Shown here: piece after piece, positions 58,508 to 64,000 of the stretch
Layout of the letters: each line of letters starts with the position of its first letter
Position numbering within the stretch: the stretch's first letter is position 1
NCBI GenBank assembly: GCA_001825155.1
Contig: MHVH01000005.1
Span: 3,528-67,527 of the forward strand
From: Candidatus Zambryskibacteria bacterium RIFCSPHIGHO2_01_FULL_46_25
GTDB taxonomy: Bacteria; Patescibacteriota; Minisyncoccia; Phycocordibacterales; Zambryskibacteraceae
DNA length: 64,000 nucleotides
Direction: 5' to 3'
Program-made: the position numbers and the translations under genes
Notes under the pieces: model-generated
Databases searched by the model: none
What the model saw: the letters and a program-made list of their open reading frames with translations, nothing else
What the model was told of the DNA's origin: nothing

Positions 58508-59548
58508 TTATTCTACTGATGGTTTGTCCAAAGTCAACGCCTCGACCTCCATGCCGGTACCGGTAATGCGAAGCACGTCTTTATCAATCTTTTTGAACTC
58601 TTTGCCAGCGGAATTGTAGTGGTTGACGGTGGTCGAGAGGGCGTTTCCCAGCTTGCCGTAATACTCCTCGTATGCCGAAAGGTGCTTCTGGAGGTCGCCG
58701 ACATTCTTGATGATGGTCTTGACCGACTCTTCTATCTGCATGCCCTTAAGGCCCTGGAGCACGGTCTGGAGGTATGCTAGGAATGATGTCGGGGAAACGA
58801 TGAGTACGTGGTATTTGGAAGCGGCGCGCTGGATGAGAGACTCGGAATCTTCCTTCAAGGCGCCGATTTTGTTTACAATAAGGTCGTAGTAAATCGCTTC
58901 GTGCGGTATGAACATGAAAGCGAAGTCCATGGTCCCTTGTCCCGGTTGAATATATTTTGCCGTCTCGGCAATTCTGTTCTTGAGGTCGGCGACGAAGACC
59001 TTCTCGAGACTTTCTCTCTGCATCGAGTCCTTCTCCTCCACGATGCGGTTGTAATTTTCAAGCGAGAACTTGGAATCAATCGGAATAATTTTATCCTTCA
59101 CGAATACTGCCGCATCAACTATGGTGCCGTCCGGGAACGGATACTGCATTTGGTAGCTCCCTGGTGGCAAAACATTTTTGAGCAGCGTTTCGAGATAATA
59201 CTCGCCGAGCACTCCGCGCTGCTTCGGATTCTTCAAAATATCCTGGAGACTTTGCAGCTGGTCGGCGAAGGAGATAACCTGCTTATTGGTCTCATCGAGC
59301 TTGGTCAGTCCTTGCGTTACTTCTCTTATGAGTTTGGCCGACTCGCCGAACTGGGTGCGCACGGACTCGTTCATCATCTTGGTGCTCTCCGCCATTTTGT
59401 GGTCCACAGTTCTCGAAAGTTCGTTAAGTTGGGTTAAGAGCAAGTTCAATCCTTCCCCACCCCCTTCTTTCTTTTTCCCGGCAAGTTGGAAAACAAGCCA
59501 CACATTGACTAAAAGGAGCGCTGCTACGATAATGAGTGTCCAATCCAT
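58508..59548 (-). CDS. rmuC: DNA recombination protein RmuC
   Basis: KQRGVLGE, PIDSKF, DFAFMFIP and VSPT. Confidence 0.92.
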   Translation of the reverse strand: MDWTLIIVAALLLVNVWLVFQLAGKKKEGGGEGLNLLLTQLNELSRTVDHKMAESTKMMNESVRTQFGESAKLIREVTQGLTKLDETNKQVISFADQLQSLQDILKNPKQRGVLGEYYLETLLKNVLPPGSYQMQYPFPDGTIVDAAVFVKDKIIPIDSKFSLENYNRIVEEKDSMQRESLEKVFVADLKNRIAETAKYIQPGQGTMDFAFMFIPHEAIYYDLIVNKIGALKEDSESLIQRAASKYHVLIVSPTSFLAYLQTVLQGLKGMQIEESVKTIIKNVGDLQKHLSAYEEYYGKLGNALSTTVNHYNSAGKEFKKIDKDVLRITGTGMEVEALTLDKPSVE

Positions 59549-59562
59549 AACCAGATTATAAC

Positions 59563-60015
59563 ATGTCACTCCACCAAGATATAAAAGTGCAGATGGTCGA
59601 AGCTATGAAAGCTAGAGAAGCTACGAAGCTTTCCGTTTTGCGCGGGCTTATGGCTTCTTTCACCAACGAGCTTGTGGCGAAGAAGAGGAAGCCGGACGAA
59701 GAACTTGGGGATGAAGATGCTCTCTCCGTTATCTCTCGCGCCGTCAAGCAGAGGAAGGATTCTATAGAACAATTCGAGAAAGGCAATCGCCAGGACCTCG
59801 CGGATGTCGAGAAGGCGGAAATGGCAATCCTCGAAACGTATCTCCCCGCCCAGATGTCTCAGGAAGAAGTGGAATCGTTCATCAATGATAAGATAACGAA
59901 AGAGAATCCAGAGAAAGATAAGAAGAATCAGTTCATGGGTCTGGTGATGAAAGAACTCAAGGGCCGAACTGACGGAAGCGTGGTCAAAGAAGCCCTTGAC
60001 AAAGTCTGGGGTTAG
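59563..60015 (+). CDS. GatB/YqeY domain protein
   Basis: AMKAR, KQRKDSIEQF and YLPAQMS. Confidence 0.92.
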   Translation: MSLHQDIKVQMVEAMKAREATKLSVLRGLMASFTNELVAKKRKPDEELGDEDALSVISRAVKQRKDSIEQFEKGNRQDLADVEKAEMAILETYLPAQMSQEEVESFINDKITKENPEKDKKNQFMGLVMKELKGRTDGSVVKEALDKVWG

Positions 60016-60049
60016 TGCTAAGATAGAAAATAGAAATGGAGGTTCTCTC

Positions 60050-60190
60050 ATGAGAAAAGTGCATTTGGGATGCCGTCGTGGCCGCAAGGGTCGTCGGACG
60101 CGCAAGCCGGCGGCGACCCTCAGCAAGCTCATGCGAAAAATGAAGGCGACGGGCGTGCAACCCGACCCGCCGCACTGGCAGGACAGGTAA
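60050..60190 (+). CDS. Putative 46-aa basic peptide
   Basis: GGAGG site and a hairpin terminator at 60198-60230. Confidence 0.5.
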   Translation: MRKVHLGCRRGRKGRRTRKPAATLSKLMRKMKATGVQPDPPHWQDR

Positions 60191-60325
60191 GGTTTCAAAA
60201 AGGGCAGGCGCCCGTTGCGCCTGCCCTTTTCCTATCCCCCACTTTTCATTGACGCTGTACCGCGCTTATAAGAGAATTGGGCTAGAAATCTAGTCGTTCA
60301 CAACTCACAATCGGAGGTCTCGCCC

Positions 60326-60517
60326 ATGTTTCCAGTCTCGCCTCGCCAGTGGTGCCAGGATCGTCGCAGATATACCAGACGCAGTACCCACCGTATCGAC
60401 AGGACGGGCAAGCGAGCGCACGAGCTCAACCGCGCGTCAGAGTCCGGACCACTCGCGAATCACCAAGCGCAAGTTGCCGCTGAGAAGAGAGCCGAGTCAA
60501 GCGACGACGAGGAGTAG
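60326..60517 (+). CDS. Putative small Arg-rich orphan
   Basis: TTGACG promoter, GGAGG site and a hairpin with T-run at about 60546-60574. Confidence 0.45.
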   Translation: MFPVSPRQWCQDRRRYTRRSTHRIDRTGKRAHELNRASESGPLANHQAQVAAEKRAESSDDEE

Positions 60518-60656
60518 ATTCCGTGTTAGTTTTCATCTAAAACCGTGGCCGGCACTTGCGTGCCGGTCATTTTTGTCCCACAACCTTGCTATCCACACTT
60601 TTGGCAGCCGAAATGTATTAAAATAGTTTAACAATTATCAATTAGCGAGAAGTCTA

Positions 60657-62954
60657 ATGAAGCCAAAATTCGCCACCAGCAAGAACGCCAATCTAAAAAC
60701 TATTATCAAGCGAGACGGAAGCAAAGTCCCTCTCAATCCAAAGAAGATTACGAATGCGGTCACGAGGGCTTTGCAAGAGACGAAGGAGTACCGTCCGGGC
60801 GTGGCGGAGAAGATTACTGACGCGGTGGTGAGGAAGCTTGCTTTGCGAAAGTCCTACGACAAGAAGTATGTGCCAATGGTTGAGGGCATCCAGGATCTCG
60901 TGGAGATGGAGCTCATGCTTCAAAAATTTACGGCTACGGCCAAGGCCTACATTCTCTACCGGGCCGAGCGCACCAAGTCTAGAGAGCAGAACGCCATGAT
61001 TCCTCAGGAGGTCAAAGACAAAATTGCCGAGAGCAGTAAGTACTTTAAAGCTCCATATCAAGAATTTATTTTCTACCAGTTCTATTCCAAGTGGAGGCCG
61101 GAGTTCGGACGCCGAGAAACTTGGGTTGAGGCGATAGACCGCTTCATGGATTATATGAAAGTGAAGATGGGCAGCATGCTCACTACTGGTGAATACTCGG
61201 AAGTGCGCGAAGCGATTTTGAAGCAGGACATCTGTCCTTCCATGCGCCTCTTGTGGTCGGCGGGCAAAGCATGCGATGCATCAAACGTTTGCGCTTACAA
61301 CTGCGCCTATATCGCCCCGGTTTCCTGGCGAGACCTTTCCGAGATTATGTATGTCTCAATGTGTGGCGCCGGGTGCGGCTTCTCCGTTGAACCGGAGAAC
61401 GTGGGCAAGTTCCCACAGATTAAAAAGCAGACCGGTCATATGGCGCCAAAAATTGTGATTGAAGACAGCAAGGAAGGATGGTGCAAGGCCTTTGTGGAGG
61501 CCTGCACCGCATGGGAGAAGGGCAAGGACGTGGAACTCGATTATTCTCTCATTCGTCCGGCTGGGGCTAAACTAGCGACCATGGGTGGTCGCGCTTCGGG
61601 CCCCGCTCCCCTTCAGGAACTTATGCAATTTACGAAGAGGAAGATGCTCGCCAAGCAGGGCCGCAGGCTCACCACTCTCGATTTGCATGACATCATCTGC
61701 CAAATAGGGCTTATTGTCGTTGCTGGCGGCGTGCGTCGCTCAGCGCTCATCTCCCTCTCTTCTCTTGATGACACCGATATTCGCGATGCCAAGAAGGGCA
61801 CCTTCTGGCAGACGGAGGGCCAGCGCTCGATGGCCAATAATTCCGCGGTCTATGAAGCCAAACCAACGGCCGAGGAATTCATGCAGGAGTGGACATCCCT
61901 TGTCACTTCGCACTCAGGCGAGCGAGGTATCTTCAATCGCGGAGGCTTGCAGTTCCAGGTGCCCAAGAGGCGCTGGGAAGTGCTCAAGAAGGCAAAATTG
62001 CCGGGAGTCAATCCTTGCGGCGAGATTTATCTCCAATCCAAACAATTCTGCAATCTGACTTCTATTGTGGTTAGGCCGGCGGACGATATGGAAAATCTGA
62101 AGAAGAAAATGCGTCTTGCGACTCTTCTCGGCACCTACCAGGCGACACTTACCGACTTCGGTTATCTTTCGAAAGAGTGGAAGAAAAATTGCGAGAAGGA
62201 ACAATTGCTCGGTGTTTCTATCACAGGCTATTACGACAACGAACTCATAAGGGATGATAAAAACCTGCAAGCCTTGCGCGAAGAATCGATAAAAACGAAC
62301 AAGAAGTACGCCAAGCGTTTCGGCAAGAACGAATCGACAGCCATCACTTGCGTGAAGCCGCACGGCAACTCCGGCCAGCTTCTGGGCGTGGGCTCCGGCA
62401 TGCACACTTGGTACTCCCACTACTACATCCGCCGCGTGAGAATCTCCGCCAATGACCCACTTTTGAAGCTCGCCAGAAACCAGGGCGTGCCTGTATTTCC
62501 GGAAGTTGGTTACTCAACTTCGAATGCCGCGACCATGGTTATGGAATTCCCTTGCAAGGCTCCCGAAGGCGCTTTGGTCAATAAGGACGTGACCGCTCTT
62601 GAGATGCTTGAGGAGTGGAAGAGACTCAAGGTAAACTTCACCGAGCATAATCCTTCTGTCACCATATACATTGGCGATGACGAATGGATCTCGGTGGCGA
62701 ACTTCGTTTACAAGAACTGGGATATCGTGGGCGGACTCTCCTTCCTTCCAAGGTCGAACCATGTCTACCAACTCGCCCCGTATGAGGAGATAACGAAAGA
62801 AGAATACGAAAGAAGGGTCAAGGAGCTTCGCCATCTGGACTTCTCGAAACTCGTTGTTTATGAGCAAGAAGACAATACTGTTGGTGCCAGAGAATTGGCC
62901 TGCGCCGGTGGAGTTTGCGAAATTGATGTGGTGCCGGCAGAAGCAGCGGCGTAA
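60657..62954 (+). CDS. nrdJ: Class II (adenosylcobalamin-dependent) ribonucleotide reductase with ATP cone
   Basis: ATP cone, YNC, GGVRRSA, NPCGEI, TCVKP and C-terminal CAGGVC. No beta-subunit gene is adjacent. Confidence 0.88.
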   Translation: MKPKFATSKNANLKTIIKRDGSKVPLNPKKITNAVTRALQETKEYRPGVAEKITDAVVRKLALRKSYDKKYVPMVEGIQDLVEMELMLQKFTATAKAYILYRAERTKSREQNAMIPQEVKDKIAESSKYFKAPYQEFIFYQFYSKWRPEFGRRETWVEAIDRFMDYMKVKMGSMLTTGEYSEVREAILKQDICPSMRLLWSAGKACDASNVCAYNCAYIAPVSWRDLSEIMYVSMCGAGCGFSVEPENVGKFPQIKKQTGHMAPKIVIEDSKEGWCKAFVEACTAWEKGKDVELDYSLIRPAGAKLATMGGRASGPAPLQELMQFTKRKMLAKQGRRLTTLDLHDIICQIGLIVVAGGVRRSALISLSSLDDTDIRDAKKGTFWQTEGQRSMANNSAVYEAKPTAEEFMQEWTSLVTSHSGERGIFNRGGLQFQVPKRRWEVLKKAKLPGVNPCGEIYLQSKQFCNLTSIVVRPADDMENLKKKMRLATLLGTYQATLTDFGYLSKEWKKNCEKEQLLGVSITGYYDNELIRDDKNLQALREESIKTNKKYAKRFGKNESTAITCVKPHGNSGQLLGVGSGMHTWYSHYYIRRVRISANDPLLKLARNQGVPVFPEVGYSTSNAATMVMEFPCKAPEGALVNKDVTALEMLEEWKRLKVNFTEHNPSVTIYIGDDEWISVANFVYKNWDIVGGLSFLPRSNHVYQLAPYEEITKEEYERRVKELRHLDFSKLVVYEQEDNTVGARELACAGGVCEIDVVPAEAAA

Positions 62955-63020
62955 ACTTATACCAAGCTAGACCCCTCACACAGCCTTCCCCTTCGCAGGG
63001 GCGGGTTTTTGCATACAAAC

Positions 63021-63140
63021 AAAAAGGCCCACGCGCGGTGCGGGCCAGTGGTTGTAGCGGGAGGGCTGGCTGGACTTATGGAGCCAAGTGGGAAGGACAG
63101 GACAGTCCTCCATGCCTGGCGGGAACCAACCCTACCCGCA
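63021..63140 (-). ncRNA. Candidate ~120-nt structured ncRNA
   Basis: Promoter TTGAAT(63174-63169)-17-TATAAT(63151-63146), a long closing stem GCGGGTAGGGTTGGTT/AGCCAGCCCTCCCGC, and its own terminator GGCCC..GGGCC-TTTTT. Confidence 0.55.
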
Positions 63141-63228
63141 CCCATATTATAAGACGTATGATTCTTGAATTCAAGTCAGAATTGTGTCTTGAAAAGAGCC
63201 CAAATTTCCGCTAGAGTATGCGGGTTAG

Positions 63229-63300
63229 GGCCCTATCGTCTATCGGCTAGGACACAGCCTTCTCAAGGCTGGAAGCGGAGTTCGATTCTCCGTAGGGTCA
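63229..63300 (+). tRNA. tRNA-Glu (anticodon CTC), CCA not encoded
   Basis: Acceptor stem GGCCCTA/TAGGGTC, anticodon arm CAGCC-TTCTCAA-GGCTG and T arm CGGAG-TTCGATT-CTCCG. Confidence 0.95.
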
Positions 63301-63482
63301 TAAAAACATGTTATGTTTTTATGAGTCGCAGGCACGACGGTGCCGAGGCGTGACCACACAAGATTTGCCTTACTTAGCTGTCCAACAGCTAAGTTGTGAC
63401 ACACTATGATATATCATAGTGTCCTACGTTATCTTTTAGCTATAGCAGAATTGTAACGTATGTGAATTTTTGCAAACGCGAA
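63301..63482. repeat. Stack of different palindromic elements downstream of the tRNA
   Basis: Hairpins or dyads at 63301-63321, 63323-63355, 63372-63394, 63401-63422 and 63425-63460. Confidence 0.75.
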
Positions 63483-63483
63483 G

Positions 63484-63621
63484 CTATTTCTTTATCTGTT
63501 TCCAGAGCCAGATGCCGGCGAGGATGAGGTCAATGACGATAATCAAGCAGACAATCGAGCCGAAGATTCCCCATCCGTCCCCTACCCCAGCTCCATCGAA
63601 TCCATAGCCAAATCTCATCAT
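63484..63621 (-). CDS. Small single-TM protein (45 aa)
   Basis: MMRFGYGFDGAGVGDGWGIFGSIVCLIIVIDLILAGIWLWKQIKK. Confidence 0.6.
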   Translation of the reverse strand: MMRFGYGFDGAGVGDGWGIFGSIVCLIIVIDLILAGIWLWKQIKK

Positions 63622-63656
63622 AGTATTTTTTGTTAATTATACCTCTCAATTATACT

Positions 63657-63998
63657 CTACTTAAACTCCACCGCGAAGCGGTACATGCCCATGGAGCAGA
63701 AGCCGTCGAGGGTACCGGCTTCCGGGGTGCCGAGGTCTATATCGGTGGTACCCGTTTGCGGTAGAAACATGCTTACGTTCCTCTTCGGTATGCGGAGCGA
63801 TAGTGAGCAATCGAAGGTACCGCCGGTCTTCATGCGGAGAATAGTCGGCAAGCCGGCTTCCGCAACCGAATTCTTGGGCCTATAGCCGCCCTTGGCGGAG
63901 ATTTCGATTATCTGAACTCCGTCTACGATACTTACGTTGTTGGCAGGCAAGCTGTCTTGAGCGGGCACGCTTCGCCAAAGGAAGATTATTCCTGCCGC
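63657..63998 (-). CDS. Cupredoxin-like domain protein (5' end outside the window)
   Basis: GGYRP, DCS and FCSMGMY. The frame is open to the window edge. Confidence 0.75.
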   Translation of the reverse strand, partial: AAGIIFLWRSVPAQDSLPANNVSIVDGVQIIEISAKGGYRPKNSVAEAGLPTILRMKTGGTFDCSLSLRIPKRNVSMFLPQTGTTDIDLGTPEAGTLDGFCSMGMYRFAVEFK

Positions 63999-64000
63999 CA

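Noticed and set aside
36485-60598. DnaA-box-like TTATCCACA sequences (36485, 57977; variants near 55981 and 60590) as an origin
   Set aside because: They are scattered single copies, one of them inside recR. There is no cluster, no unwinding element and no dnaA gene.
56057-62954. Inteins or introns in dnaB and nrdJ
   Set aside because: Both proteins are of normal length with contiguous motifs, and no intein termini or homing endonuclease motifs were seen.
62957-63145. 62-aa minus-strand ORF
   Set aside because: Its ATG directly abuts the -10 box, and it runs through a terminator. An ncRNA explains the region better.
1-64000. Alternative genetic code (TGA read as Gly, as in Gracilibacteria)
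   Set aside because: leuS and trpS end at TGA at their expected C-termini, and the core genes are uninterrupted under code 11.

Overview
This looks like a chromosomal window from a Patescibacteria/CPR bacterium, probably Parcubacteria. That is inferred from streamlined core proteins (short YchF, AlaRS, GluRS and bL9, a DnaJ with no zinc finger, an archaeal-type AspRS) and from typical CPR hypothetical proteins. TGA is used as a stop, so the code is 11. The backbone is housekeeping: leuS, alaS, trpS, aspS, gltX, cysS, mnmA, the infA-rpmJ-rpsM-rpsK-rpsD-rpoA-rplQ-rplM-rpsI block, grpE-dnaK-dnaJ, scpAB, mraY/ftsW/murG, a Xer-type recombinase, dnaB, recR, rmuC, a class II ribonucleotide reductase and tRNA-Glu(CTC). 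Interspersed are a low-GC NUDIX/ATP-grasp/AsnB island and about a dozen self-contained orphan genes. The main unexplained signals are small structured DNA elements. (1) Six 36-bp dyad sites share a fixed 7-7-8-7-7 geometry; two bracket a stand-alone HTH + Cas2/PaaX-fold gene and two bracket an orphan gene. (2) A DUF559 nuclease gene has terminal inverted repeats, and gene-less relatives sit in frame inside mnmA and cysS. (3) A covarying multi-hairpin element is repeated on both sides of pyrE-pyrF. (4) Further palindrome and 7-nt repeat families are inserted in frame in essential genes. Also seen are a G10 tract that frameshifts a large surface protein, a dif-like site next to the xer gene, a candidate ~120-nt ncRNA, and a structured leader ahead of a lytic transglycosylase. 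All calls are from reading the sequence by eye; no searches were run.
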